Shown one piece after another: positions 49,173 through 59,034 of a stretch of 64,000 nt of DNA. The stretch comes from a virus. Under the pieces are notes generated by a model. It was not told where the DNA came from, did no database searches, and saw only the letters and a program-made list of their open reading frames with translations. A program made the translations under genes and the position numbers. Where the stretch lies: the IMG/VR virus record IMGVR_UViG_3300033146_003076, positions 1 through 64,000 of that record. The stretch is one strand, 5' to 3'. Numbering within the stretch: the stretch's first letter is position 1; every line of letters starts with the position of its first letter.

Positions 49173-49704
49173 TTTTCTTTTCCTCCTTAACCGGTTCAGC
49201 AGAGATTAGTGCGTCCCCTTTATCTTCTTTAAAATTAGCATAATATGTTTTCATTATTTCTGTTGTTTCTTTGATTGCGTTTAATTCGTTAATTAAATCT
49301 TTACACAAGTCCATTACTTCAATAATATATAAATTTATTGTTTCCAGTGTTGCCTCTGGTTCGTTATGTTTTCTTCCTTCATTAGTGTGTTTAATCTTAT
49401 TAATATAATTATAAATCTCTATTAACCTTACACTATTCTTACCATACTTTTCAAGAACCATATCTTGGGATATAATATTATTGGTTATTAATTCAATCAT
49501 CTTGTTATACTTTTGTTTATTCTTTTCTTCTTTACTGATAACAATAATCCTTTCATCAAATAATGTTCCTATCTCTCCTTTTAGTATAACTTTAGATGGT
49601 GGATAATTTAATGGATTGTCTATTCTACAAAAACAATCATTATCCAAATATAATTTTATATCTTTCTCGTCAATATACTTTAATTTAACTTCTTCTTCTC
49701 CCAT
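49165..49704 (-). CDS. Hypothetical protein
   Basis: ORF whose 3' end contains Box B. Confidence 0.45.
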   Translation of the reverse strand: MGEEEVKLKYIDEKDIKLYLDNDCFCRIDNPLNYPPSKVILKGEIGTLFDERIIVISKEEKNKQKYNKMIELITNNIISQDMVLEKYGKNSVRLIEIYNYINKIKHTNEGRKHNEPEATLETINLYIIEVMDLCKDLINELNAIKETTEIMKTYYANFKEDKGDALISAEPVKEEKKNG

Positions 49705-49715
49705 TTTTTCTTCCT

Positions 49716-50300
49716 CTAATGTTTATTAAAACAAACATTTCCTTTCTTCATACAATATTTACATTCAATACATGTTAACCCTTTTGTTTGATTAAGACAT
49801 TGCACAAACTTTTTTGGTAAAGGATCTTGTTTAAGTTTCATTTTAGATACTCCATCAAATTGTTTATATTTAGTTTTCCATATTCCTTTATCATCACTAA
49901 TGTATAATGTAAAGTTCTTAGGTCTTTTTACTTTGATGTCTACATTTTTAGTGTATGTGTAAAAGATTATGTCTGGGAATGTTTTACATATCTTAACCCA
50001 TTTATCAAAATATTCTTGACTATAAAATTCTCCACATGTGTGTATTCTAAAATATTTTATGTTTTGTTTTTTTATTAGTTTACTTATTTCTTCCACAAAA
50101 TCTTTTCTTCTTGATGCTCTTAGATTATTATTAAGGAAAGGTGTCTGTGCAGGATATAATCTTTTAAACTTATTATAGTAACAGTGTTTAAGGCATCCTT
50201 GTTCTTTACATCCTTTAATCTTTTTGCATATTGTGTTGTTAATATTAAATGATACTATCTTTGTTTTACTATTTGGTGGACTTAACTTTAGTTGATTCAT
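49716..50300 (-). CDS. Gp88-like Cys-rich (Fe-S-like) protein
   Basis: C..C..CY, FRIH..GEFYSQEY..KW, YTYTK and a C-terminal C..C..C...H. Start reassigned to the ATG at 50300. Confidence 0.7.
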   Translation of the reverse strand: MNQLKLSPPNSKTKIVSFNINNTICKKIKGCKEQGCLKHCYYNKFKRLYPAQTPFLNNNLRASRRKDFVEEISKLIKKQNIKYFRIHTCGEFYSQEYFDKWVKICKTFPDIIFYTYTKNVDIKVKRPKNFTLYISDDKGIWKTKYKQFDGVSKMKLKQDPLPKKFVQCLNQTKGLTCIECKYCMKKGNVCFNKH

Positions 50301-50364
50301 TATCTTTACCTCTTGTTTAAAAAATAAAATGGTTGGTGTTGCCACCAACTTTTAAAGAACTCTT

Positions 50365-50733
50365 TTACAAATTGTTTTTTTCTCTAATGATTGCTTCCAT
50401 TGTTACTACTAATTTTGTTGCTTGTTCCATCGCTTCGTCTGGTGTTAGTGCATAACATTTAACTTCCCCTGAGAATTGTCCTTTTGCATTAACAGAGATT
50501 TTAACACTATCTTTTGGGTCTACTACTACTTCTGCTGCTTTTGTTTTCTCTTCTTCTACTTTACCATTTGGTTTTTTTACTGTTTTCTTTTCTTTAAGTT
50601 CCTGTATAAGAAGTGAGTTCTTTAACACTTTTGTTTTGATGTCTTGTAATAACATAATAACATCACCCATTTCTTCTTTTGTTTGTTCCATTTTAACTTC
50701 TTCAATTTCAATTTTTTCTATGTCTTGTTCCAT
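50365..50733 (-). CDS. Early protein with scaffold-like coiled coil
   Basis: EMGDVIMLLQDIKTKVLKNSLLIQELKEKK aligns to the scaffold; C-terminal SVKISVNAKGQFSGEVKCY domain. Confidence 0.55.
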   Translation of the reverse strand: MEQDIEKIEIEEVKMEQTKEEMGDVIMLLQDIKTKVLKNSLLIQELKEKKTVKKPNGKVEEEKTKAAEVVVDPKDSVKISVNAKGQFSGEVKCYALTPDEAMEQATKLVVTMEAIIREKNNL

Positions 50734-50754
50734 TTTCTATTTACCTCATTTAAT

Positions 50755-51084
50755 TTATTCTTCTTCGTTGTGAAAGTTTTCGTACCAATCTGCATCTTTT
50801 AATGTTGTGTCTAATATTGACCATATAAAGATCGCTAAATTAGGGATACATAAAAAGAATACACCAATTATACATGCTGATAATCCTACCCAAAACTTCC
50901 ATAAATCTCTCTTTGCTGTGTATAACCAAGTCCAATAACTAAACAGTACTGCTAAAATTACTGCTGTTGATTTCTTCTTTGTTTTACCAACTGAAATTGT
51001 TTTAACTCTACATCCACAACCAGGACAGATTTCACAATTCTCTACTACTTTTTTCCCACATTCTCTACAATATTTTTCATTCAT
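50755..51084 (-). CDS. Zinc-ribbon plus TM2-like membrane protein
   Basis: YCRECG...CPGCG, K.K.TAVILAVLF and two TM segments. Confidence 0.7.
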   Translation of the reverse strand: MNEKYCRECGKKVVENCEICPGCGCRVKTISVGKTKKKSTAVILAVLFSYWTWLYTAKRDLWKFWVGLSACIIGVFFLCIPNLAIFIWSILDTTLKDADWYENFHNEEE

Positions 51085-51096
51085 TTTTTCTTAACC

Positions 51097-51515
51097 TCAT
51101 TCTATTTTTATTTTAGAAGGGAATGTCACAATAACATTTTCTTCTATATCTACTATATCTACTTCATTACTCTTAGCAAAACTTTCAAATACTTTTTTAT
51201 CTAACATTTCCTTTATACAAACTGGCATGTTTTCTTTAGCCCATGTAATTGCAGTTTTAGAATCGTATATCAATTTTTTCCTAACTTGAATACCAATTCC
51301 TCCATAATGTTTTTTATTTCCTGTTTGATAATATTCTTTTTTAACTTGTTCTTTTATTATATCTTTCCTTTCTTCTATTACTTTATTATGGTTACTTATT
51401 TCTTCAATTAATATCTTGTTTTCTTCATCAAATTGTTCTTGTTTTTGTTTTAATTTGTTTGTTAATTCTTCTTTCTGTTCTATCTTTTCTTTTAATTTTT
51501 TTATCTGTTCTTCCA
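51097..51515 (-). CDS. Gam/Gp157-like coiled-coil protein
   Basis: Long coiled coil followed by A..WAKE...LDKK.F. Confidence 0.4.
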
Positions 51516-51535
51516 TTTTTAACCTCATTCTATAT

Positions 51536-51790
51536 TTAATCTGTTATTATTGCTAATTCTTCTCCAAGAATACTTCCAATAATTATACATTTTTTATTTT
51601 CTATTTCTCCAAAATCTTTTTTATATCTGTCCGCAGAAGCAAATATATTTACATTCTCTTTAAGCAATTTTATGATTTCAAACAGGTTTGTTTTATTATT
51701 TTCTATTATAAAACAATCTTTCTCTGAGTCATATCTTGCATTTTTTAACATTTCAATTATTTCATTTTTAGTAAATCTTTTCTCACTCAT
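51536..51790 (-). CDS. Hypothetical protein
   Basis: Start reassigned to MSEKRF, after Box B, Box A and GAGGT. Confidence 0.45.
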   Translation of the reverse strand: MSEKRFTKNEIIEMLKNARYDSEKDCFIIENNKTNLFEIIKLLKENVNIFASADRYKKDFGEIENKKCIIIGSILGEELAIITD

Positions 51791-51978
51791 TGTTGTTACC
51801 TCATTCAATTTGGTGTTATCACTAACGATTAGTGCGTCCCCTTTACTTCTCATGTTCAGGGTATTTGTCTGCACTTCTAATATATCTTAACATTCTATCA
51901 TGTTTAGTTTCTAAGTTTAATTCTCCTAACATTCTTATTTCCCATTCTGGCAATTCACTTAATGGTGGTCTTTCCATT

Positions 51979-52242
51979 TTAGTTTTCCCCCTCCATGGCC
52001 AAATTATATCTTTCACTAATATAATCATTTGGAACATCTTTTATTTTTAAGTTTTCAATGTATTGTTCTTCTGCGTCTTCATAATCATCTTTAACTAAAC
52101 CTTCATATAATTCATTTGGAAATTCATCTATATCATTTCTGTATGATTCTAATATATTTTCTTCATTAGATTCAATCCAACTATTATATTCATCTGCTTC
52201 ATCTCCTCTTCTTTCTGCTTCTTTAACCCACGCATCACTCAT
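51979..52242 (-). CDS. Acidic hypothetical protein
   Basis: Very D/E-rich. Confidence 0.45.
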   Translation of the reverse strand: MSDAWVKEAERRGDEADEYNSWIESNEENILESYRNDIDEFPNELYEGLVKDDYEDAEEQYIENLKIKDVPNDYISERYNLAMEGEN

Positions 52243-52243
52243 T

Positions 52244-52453
52244 TTACAACCCTCTACTCTCTAATTTTTCATGTAATTCTATTGATTCTTCTTTTGTTAA
52301 TTCATCTGTATAACTTCTTACAATCTCTTTTAATCTTAAAACCACTTCATCTGGTTGTGTTGATTCATACAATCCAAACTCTGCTGTTGCCCATACTTCC
52401 TCTAATAGATCAACCATTGTCATTTTAAATTTATCTTGTTTTTCTTTTTCCAT
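52244..52453 (-). CDS. Hypothetical protein
   Basis: ORF only. Confidence 0.4.
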   Translation of the reverse strand: MEKEKQDKFKMTMVDLLEEVWATAEFGLYESTQPDEVVLRLKEIVRSYTDELTKEESIELHEKLESRGL

Positions 52454-52460
52454 TTTATCT

Positions 52461-52898
52461 TCACCAACTGGAATGATATTCAAAATACCAGTCCTTATTT
52501 AATTTTAAACATTTATCAATAAACTTAATTGTTAGTTTTAGATTATCAAAATACCATTCATTATATTTAACACCACCATAAAAGAATCCTTCTTTTGTTG
52601 GTAATAAATCTTCTGCTCTTCCTTTTTCTTTTAATACTGTTTCACATAGATTCTTTAGCTCTTCTAATTCATCTCCCGATACTTCATAATTACCACAATC
52701 ATCTTTTCCATTCTGGCAATTTTCCACAAACCATAAATGAATTGCATTAGCTTTTCTCCAATACCCTGCTTCAAAAGATATTGTTTTTAATTTCATCCCT
52801 TTCATTTCTGGAAATAATTTGTTTACTTGTTTTGTTTCGCTTTCTTTTTTACCTGACCAAAAATATTGTTTCGCATATAAATACATATCTAATCCCAT
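52461..52898 (-). CDS. Conserved phage protein (MGLDMYL...YWRKANAIH.WF family)
   Basis: Recognisable family motifs LLPT..GFF.G and Y.SSW. Confidence 0.7.
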   Translation of the reverse strand: MGLDMYLYAKQYFWSGKKESETKQVNKLFPEMKGMKLKTISFEAGYWRKANAIHLWFVENCQNGKDDCGNYEVSGDELEELKNLCETVLKEKGRAEDLLPTKEGFFYGGVKYNEWYFDNLKLTIKFIDKCLKLNKDWYFEYHSSW

Positions 52899-52899
52899 T

Positions 52900-53442
52900 T
52901 TAATCCCTCCGTATTGATTTTGGATAATCAATACATTCTAATTGATTGAATGTTTTCATCCCATCTTCAAATTCTTTCATTTGTTTTTTATTATACCCTT
53001 TCTTGTCTGAGTACCATTCTTTTGTTGTAAGGTATTGTTTTGCATTATGTTTAATAAATTCTCCATTATCATTTCTTGTAATAAAACAATATTGAATATT
53101 ATTTTTTTCATCAAACTTCAAATACAAAAACCCATCATTATTATCTAATGTCTTTAGGAATGTTTCAAATCTTCCTATTCTTTTTTTATCTAAGATATAT
53201 TCATTATCTCTGTTTTCAGTTACTGCATCATAATAATCACAAAAAGAATTCATATCATTAAACTTTCCGTAACAACTCCCATAAAGATATTCTTTGAACT
53301 CATAAAATTTATGTTTTTGTTTCATGTATCCTCTTATTGCTGTTCCTATTCTTCTTATCGCATACATACCATATAACCATTGGAAATGTATTACCTTTAA
53401 GTCTCCTCTACGATTTAAGATTATTTGAAATCTTTGTCCCAT
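52900..53442 (-). CDS. Conserved phage protein (MGQR...DNNDG)
   Basis: Motifs MGQR.QI, QW.YG and DNNDG; GGAGG RBS. Confidence 0.55.
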   Translation of the reverse strand: MGQRFQIILNRRGDLKVIHFQWLYGMYAIRRIGTAIRGYMKQKHKFYEFKEYLYGSCYGKFNDMNSFCDYYDAVTENRDNEYILDKKRIGRFETFLKTLDNNDGFLYLKFDEKNNIQYCFITRNDNGEFIKHNAKQYLTTKEWYSDKKGYNKKQMKEFEDGMKTFNQLECIDYPKSIRRD

Positions 53443-53613
53443 TTTAATTTGCCTCCAATTTATAATTCTTAATTTGTTTTGTTGCTTTTAATGCAGCATT
53501 ATTTAATATCTCTCTTAGGTCTGAAGTTGATATAGTAAATGTTTCCCCTTTACTATTCTTCAAGTATATTGTGTTATGACTTATCCATAACATTTTGAAA
53601 TCTTTTTCCATTT

Positions 53614-54135
53614 TTATTCCTCCTTCACATTATCTTTTTCATATTTCTTATTAGATGGTAATTTGTTTAATTTATATTCTGATAATAAATTTTCTCCATC
53701 ATAATTACAATATGATTCAAATTTCATTTTGTCTAAATCAATAACATAATAATATTCACAGAACAATGTGTCTTTAATAAATTCAGATGAATCAACCATT
53801 ATTCCAATATCTCCATTCATATATTCTGTGATTTCTCCTTGCAGGTTTCTTAATAATTGATAATACGTATTAATCTTTATGTTATCCATGCTACCTCCAA
53901 CAGCAGTGTTTGCATATTTAGAATATTTTTTTATATGTTCTTTTGTTGGTTTAGATTCTTCATCTTTAATCAACTCAATATTATTTATGTTTTCTTTTAC
54001 ATCTTTCCAATCAATCATTTTTCTTAATTCTTCAAGAATATTTATTCCTAATCCTTCCGGATATGAATCGTAATGATTATACATACCAAAAAACTTTTCA
54101 TTAACTTTAAAACATACGCATCCTCTTGTTCCCAT
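53614..54135 (-). CDS. Conserved phage protein (MGTR...YNHYDSYPEGLG)
   Basis: Family motifs, including EYYYVIDLD. Confidence 0.65.
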   Translation of the reverse strand: MGTRGCVCFKVNEKFFGMYNHYDSYPEGLGINILEELRKMIDWKDVKENINNIELIKDEESKPTKEHIKKYSKYANTAVGGSMDNIKINTYYQLLRNLQGEITEYMNGDIGIMVDSSEFIKDTLFCEYYYVIDLDKMKFESYCNYDGENLLSEYKLNKLPSNKKYEKDNVKEE

Positions 54136-54368
54136 TATAATCTACCTCCATAGATTTATTTTAATTAATTTGCAGGGTTACACAGAAATTAGACTGTCCT
54201 CTTTCTTTACTTTGTGTTGACTCTAACTTTACTTTTCCCAACTAAATTTGTCTCTTACTTCTAAGACTTCTATTCTTTCTCTTTTACAATCCCATTCCAT
54301 CCCAGTCATTAAACATAATTTATTAATATCCATTATGTTCCACTCAACTGTGTTTATTACATACTTAG

Positions 54369-54599
54369 TCATTTTTTCTTTTTCTTTTCTTTTGTTGAAG
54401 GGTCTTGTTTATTTATTATCTCGTTAAGTATATCTTCATCTATAATGTATAGTTCTCTTTCTGTCCTACCCATTATTCCTTTCAATCTTATTCTGTTTAC
54501 TTCTCCTGTTTTCTTACTCTTTATTATTTTGTTTACAAACTCTTTACCTTTTGTTGTTAATTTTCTTTCTTTGGTGTATCCCAATTTTTCTAGTGTCAT
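54369..54599 (-). CDS. Hypothetical basic protein
   Basis: GAGGT RBS. Confidence 0.4.
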   Translation of the reverse strand: MTLEKLGYTKERKLTTKGKEFVNKIIKSKKTGEVNRIRLKGIMGRTERELYIIDEDILNEIINKQDPSTKEKKKKK

Positions 54600-54796
54600 T
54601 CTTCTTCTACCTCTCCTATTAATCCTACTGTCATGTGTTTACAATCTTTATGTCCAAACTCTCCAAAAAATAAACTGTTTGCTAGGTTAATATTCATTTC
54701 ATCTAATGATGTTCTGTCTATTTCTTCTCCATTTTCAAATAATCCATATATGTATGCCTTCATTTTATCCTCTTATTATTTTGTCGTTTGTGTCGT

Positions 54797-55216
54797 TTAA
54801 TTTCTTTTTTTAAGATAATTAATAATTAAATCAAATTGTTTTGTACTTAGTATTGTATTACCCCATGTAGATTTGTATCTTCTAAATACTGTGTGTTTAC
54901 TTTCTTTTCTTAATGAGGGTATTGAATATGTTTTAATCCATCTTAATTCTGTTTCAGAAACAATCTTTAATATTTTATCTTCATAACTTTCTAATTTTAT
55001 TTTATCTAATTTTTCATTTATTATTTCTATTTGTTTTTCGTATTCTTTTTTTCTTTTAATTAATGCAGATCTATTATTGTGTGCATAATATAATTCTTCA
55101 ATGAATTCTGAAACATTATACACTTCTGGATCTTCTTTAATTTCTTTTATAAAAAATTCATTAAATCTTTCGTTTAATCTATCTTTCATTTTTATTTTTT
55201 TATCTTTCATTTTCAT
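54797..55216 (-). CDS. Hypothetical protein adjacent to the putative origin
   Basis: ORF with N-terminal RHH-like segment and coiled coil. Confidence 0.4.
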   Translation of the reverse strand: MKMKDKKIKMKDRLNERFNEFFIKEIKEDPEVYNVSEFIEELYYAHNNRSALIKRKKEYEKQIEIINEKLDKIKLESYEDKILKIVSETELRWIKTYSIPSLRKESKHTVFRRYKSTWGNTILSTKQFDLIINYLKKRN

Positions 55217-55253
55217 TTTTTTTATTACCTATATCTATTTATATCTTCTCTTT

Positions 55254-55579
55254 TTCTTTGGCGTCAACTTGGCCCTTTTACGCACACTTCAGAAATAATG
55301 GTTTTTGAAACCTTTTACAAAAGGGTCAACTTGGCCCTTTTACGCACACTTGTTTGCTCTTTTTTCTTTAATCTCTAACTCAACTCTTCTTTTTTTGTTA
55401 TTACTAAGAAAAGACTACACTTATAAATATAGGGTATATATATATATATATAAATATATTAATATAGTTATATATATACTGTGTTGTGCGTAATGGCACC
55501 ACTTTGGCCCTTTTGTAAAAGTATAGGTAAACAGTTTTTTCCAAAGTGTGCGTAATTACCCTTTTTTAGTGCCAAAGAA
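55254..55579. other. Putative replication origin
   Basis: Two ~97-bp inverted arms with identically spaced boxes flank an AT-rich (TA)n core; 27-bp direct repeat at 55263 and 55325. Confidence 0.7.
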
Positions 55580-55800
55580 TTAAAGGTCTTTTTAGAACTT
55601 TTTTTGTAAAGTTTGTGTTAACATTAACTAATCTTGATCATAAAGAATTTGTATTAAATCATATTTAATTTCTTCTAGTTTTCCAATTAATTCAAATGTT
55701 TCTTTTTTAGATAAGTTATGTATTCCATTTGTTCTATGTTCACATTTCCCAAACTCATAATATATTTTTATTAATTCATCTTCCATTTTATTTTACCTCC

Positions 55801-56013
55801 TTAAAAGAATATCATCTCATCATAATCTATTATTTTAATAAACCATTCAAAATTATTTAATATATTAATAAAGCCATCTATGTTATGTGCTTCATTCTTT
55901 TGGTATAACTTTAATAGGTTTTTAAATTCTTTAATACTTTCTTCTTTAATAATGATGATTGGGTATTCACTTGCTTCATTATCATATAATTTAATTGTTC
56001 TTATTTTTTCCAT
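55801..56013 (-). CDS. Hypothetical protein
   Basis: ORF with GAGG RBS. Confidence 0.4.
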   Translation of the reverse strand: MEKIRTIKLYDNEASEYPIIIIKEESIKEFKNLLKLYQKNEAHNIDGFINILNNFEWFIKIIDYDEMIFF

Positions 56014-56238
56014 TTTCTTTTCCTCTTAACTTTTCAATTAATCTTAAGACATCTTCATCTTTTGTTCTTTGGTATAACCTATTTAATATTTCTAATTCTT
56101 CTTCATTCATCATCGTCTCTCCAATCTAAAACAATAATGTGTGGACAACCTTCACAAGTATATTTATCATAAACATAATTATCATATTTTGTTTTTCCAG
56201 CGTATTCTAATGGTTTTATACAATTTGGACATATCATT

Positions 56239-56694
56239 TTATTGCACCTCTTTTCTTAATTCTTTAATATCAATTTCTATATTATCAAATAAGAAAACAA
56301 CAAAATCATTATTTGTAAGTTTAATAATTTCTTCTTCTGTTGCTTCTTTTAATTTCTCTTTTAATAAATCTAAATCAGTATCCTTATAATTATAACTTGT
56401 ATAACTATAATTCTCACAAGTATGAAATCCTCCCTGTACATCATTACGAATATCAAATTTTAATATTTTATTAATTTCATTTCTGGCCATTTGTAATATA
56501 TGATCATAAATAATATAACAAATATCTAAATCTTTAAATGGTGCTTCTGTTTTTTTTGCCCATTCTTCACATAAATCATAAAATTTTGAAACAGTTATAT
56601 TTACTTCTCTTGCTACTCTTATTGCCTCATAGATATTGCTACTACCAAAAGGACAACAATAATGTTTAAATTCATTAATACTATCTAATCCCAT
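56239..56694 (-). CDS. Hypothetical protein
   Basis: GGAGG RBS. Confidence 0.5.
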   Translation of the reverse strand: MGLDSINEFKHYCCPFGSSNIYEAIRVAREVNITVSKFYDLCEEWAKKTEAPFKDLDICYIIYDHILQMARNEINKILKFDIRNDVQGGFHTCENYSYTSYNYKDTDLDLLKEKLKEATEEEIIKLTNNDFVVFLFDNIEIDIKELRKEVQ

Positions 56695-56877
56695 TTTATT
56701 GCCCCCTCCCTTCGTAAACTTCTTTTAAAAACTCATCATATTTTATCCAAAATTTACATTCTTTTTTAACAGAACATAAATTACAATCTTCTTTTTCTAA
56801 ATATTCACATTTCATCTTTTCCTCCTTAACTCTCTCAAGCAGTGATTAGTGCGACCCCCTTTGTATTAAAGGGATTG

Positions 56878-57207
56878 TTAATATTCTCCACTTAACATAA
56901 ATACATTATCAGTAAAGAAACATTTAACATTTCTTTTTGCGTCTGTCCATTTGTATTCCTGTTTGTATAATTCTTTTGTATCTCCATCTGTTATGATCAT
57001 CATTGCCATTTCTTCTTCTACTTCTAGTTTAACTGTACAGAATGGTTCTTTTATTTTATTTTTTAGTATTACAAGAGCGTCTGTTACAAACCATGAGTAA
57101 CCATTCTCCATTAGGTATTTAATTCCATCTGTGCATTTAGCGTTTAATATATCATAGTATTTTTCTGTTCCGTTGAATATGTGTAATTCTTTTAGTTCTT
57201 TATCCAT
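56878..57207 (-). CDS. DUF6876-like protein
   Basis: FNGTE.YY, TDG.KYL...SW, DGD......Q...TD, ML.GEY. Confidence 0.65.
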   Translation of the reverse strand: MDKELKELHIFNGTEKYYDILNAKCTDGIKYLMENGYSWFVTDALVILKNKIKEPFCTVKLEVEEEMAMMIITDGDTKELYKQEYKWTDAKRNVKCFFTDNVFMLSGEY

Positions 57208-57208
57208 T

Positions 57209-57400
57209 TTACAATCCCCACTGTGTTAGTTGATTACTAACTTGTATTTTTTCTTCATCATTAATGCTATCAAAATACTGCATTAACAATTTATATCCTG
57301 CTTCGTAGTTACCGCTGCATTGATTTCTATTATTTAATTCTCTTGTTATAACTTTAATCTTATGTTTCAAGAACTCTGTTGATATTTCTTTTACATCCAT
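57209..57400 (-). CDS. Hypothetical protein
   Basis: GAGGT RBS. Confidence 0.4.
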   Translation of the reverse strand: MDVKEISTEFLKHKIKVITRELNNRNQCSGNYEAGYKLLMQYFDSINDEEKIQVSNQLTQWGL

Positions 57401-57596
57401 TTTATTTTACCTCTTATTTATCATTCTTTATAACTTCTAAATAAGTTTCAATATTTTGAATAACATCATAATAACATGCGTCTATTAACATATTACTATC
57501 TTCTGGTATCTTTATATTTCTATTTTTCAAAAATACCATTAGTAAAATATTTAATTTTTCTTCTTCTTCCTCATTCATTTCCATTTTATTTTACCT

Positions 57597-57971
57597 CTAA
57601 CATTCTGCTTCGAATCTACATTCTCCTTGTGCTTCTACACATTCTAATATTTTCTTACCTAATCCTTCTCTCGCATACCATGTTAATAATTCTTTAACTT
57701 TACTTTCATTTACTTTAAAATATTCAGCCAACTTTTCATAAGTATAACCACATTTTCCTTTAAAATAATTATCTAATTTACTTTTGAACCCTTTTAGATT
57801 TTCTTTACATTCCTTTAATCCTTTCCTAATATCTTTTAAGTTGTCTTCATCAAAATAATATTCTATGTATGCTGGTTCAAATCCTTTTGATCCAAAAAAC
57901 TCAGCATCATCACTGGATTGTATTCCAAATCAGAACTTTCCTTCTATGTCTCCTGAAAAATATCTTCCCAT
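57597..57971 (-). pseudogene. Conserved phage gene interrupted by one in-frame TGA at codon 14
   Basis: Reads MGRYFSGDIEGKF*FGIQSSDDAEFFG...LGKKILECVEAQGECRFEAEC. GAGGT RBS; missing from the ORF track. Confidence 0.75.
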
Positions 57972-57972
57972 T

Positions 57973-58272
57973 TTAATTACCTCTAAATTGTTTTATTATT
58001 TTATTTATTGCATACCTTTGTGAATCTATGATCCTTGTGCTTAAAGGGTCTGTAAAATCAAGATAACAATTCCTTTTCTTAATATACATCATTTGGTTAT
58101 AGTCTTTGTTAAATCCCCCTGGTGCGTTTAAGTATCCATCCATATCTATGTTAATTGTTTCTATTGTCTTTCTTCCATGTCTGTTTGTTATTAGTATTTG
58201 TTTTGTTTCTGTGTTTAATTCTGCTGTTTGGTTGTTATCTCTTACAGATTTGTTTGTTTCTTTAATCATCAT
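57973..58272 (-). CDS. Hypothetical protein
   Basis: GAGGTGA RBS. Confidence 0.45.
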   Translation of the reverse strand: MMIKETNKSVRDNNQTAELNTETKQILITNRHGRKTIETINIDMDGYLNAPGGFNKDYNQMMYIKKRNCYLDFTDPLSTRIIDSQRYAINKIIKQFRGN

Positions 58273-58273
58273 T

Positions 58274-58555
58274 TTAATTCACCTCAAAATTAAACTCTGT
58301 AATTAAGATCATGTTTCTTCTATCGTATAAAAAATATAAATCTAAATCTATAAGAAAATTTCCTTCATTTTTTATTTCCACTACAATTTCATAATCGCTG
58401 GGGAAATAATCATCCTCTGCATAACTTTTAAAACTTAAATCTATTTTTGCTTCTGAAAAAAGTTCTTTTAGTTTTCTTTTAATATCTTTTAAATCATTAA
58501 ATCTCATTCCTTCCATCATTGAAAAAAATATATCCATGTTGTTTATGTGCATCAT
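58274..58555 (-). CDS. Hypothetical protein
   Basis: Preceded by the full bipartite element and AGGAGG. Confidence 0.5.
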   Translation of the reverse strand: MMHINNMDIFFSMMEGMRFNDLKDIKRKLKELFSEAKIDLSFKSYAEDDYFPSDYEIVVEIKNEGNFLIDLDLYFLYDRRNMILITEFNFEVN

Positions 58556-58566
58556 TTTCTTTTCCT

Positions 58567-58610
58567 CCTTTGAGTTGGTGTTGACACCAACGATTAGTCT
58601 GTCCCCTTTA
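58567..58610 (-). repeat. 44-bp bipartite element (Box B + Box A + RBS start), copy 1
   Basis: Identical to 59385-59428. Confidence 0.95.
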
Positions 58611-59021
58611 ATTATCTTCTTCCATACATTTCAAATAATCTTTTTTTGCTTTTTTAAAGGACTGTAAATATTTCTCTTTTAATTCTTCTTCTGTTATCCC
58701 TATTGCTTCTAGTGTTTCATCAATATCATAAGTAATACAATATTCATGGTTAGCTAATTCATATCTAAACATTTGAAATTGATATTCTTTATCTTTCCTT
58801 AGTTCTTCTTCTCTTTTGTGTTGTTTCTCCATTAGTTCTGAATAGTCTTTTTCATTTTCCTTTTTAATAAATCCACAATAACCTATTGTTACTATTTCTT
58901 TTTTTGTGCAATTAAATTTCTTTAATCCTTCGTTCATTTGTTCTTCTGAGAATGCAAAGAATATTGGAAATTCATTTATTTCTTTTTGCACTAATTCTTG
59001 ATTCATAATATATTTATTCAT
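58608..59021 (-). CDS. Conserved hypothetical protein
   Basis: FFAFS.EQ..EG...F.YELANHEYCIT. Confidence 0.6.
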   Translation of the reverse strand: MNKYIMNQELVQKEINEFPIFFAFSEEQMNEGLKKFNCTKKEIVTIGYCGFIKKENEKDYSELMEKQHKREEELRKDKEYQFQMFRYELANHEYCITYDIDETLEAIGITEEELKEKYLQSFKKAKKDYLKCMEEDN

Positions 59022-59034
59022 TTTATTAGCTCCT

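Noticed and set aside
57930-57932. Genome-wide TGA=Trp recoding
   Set aside because: TGA terminates many genes, often in ATGA overlaps, and the long genes are intact under code 11.
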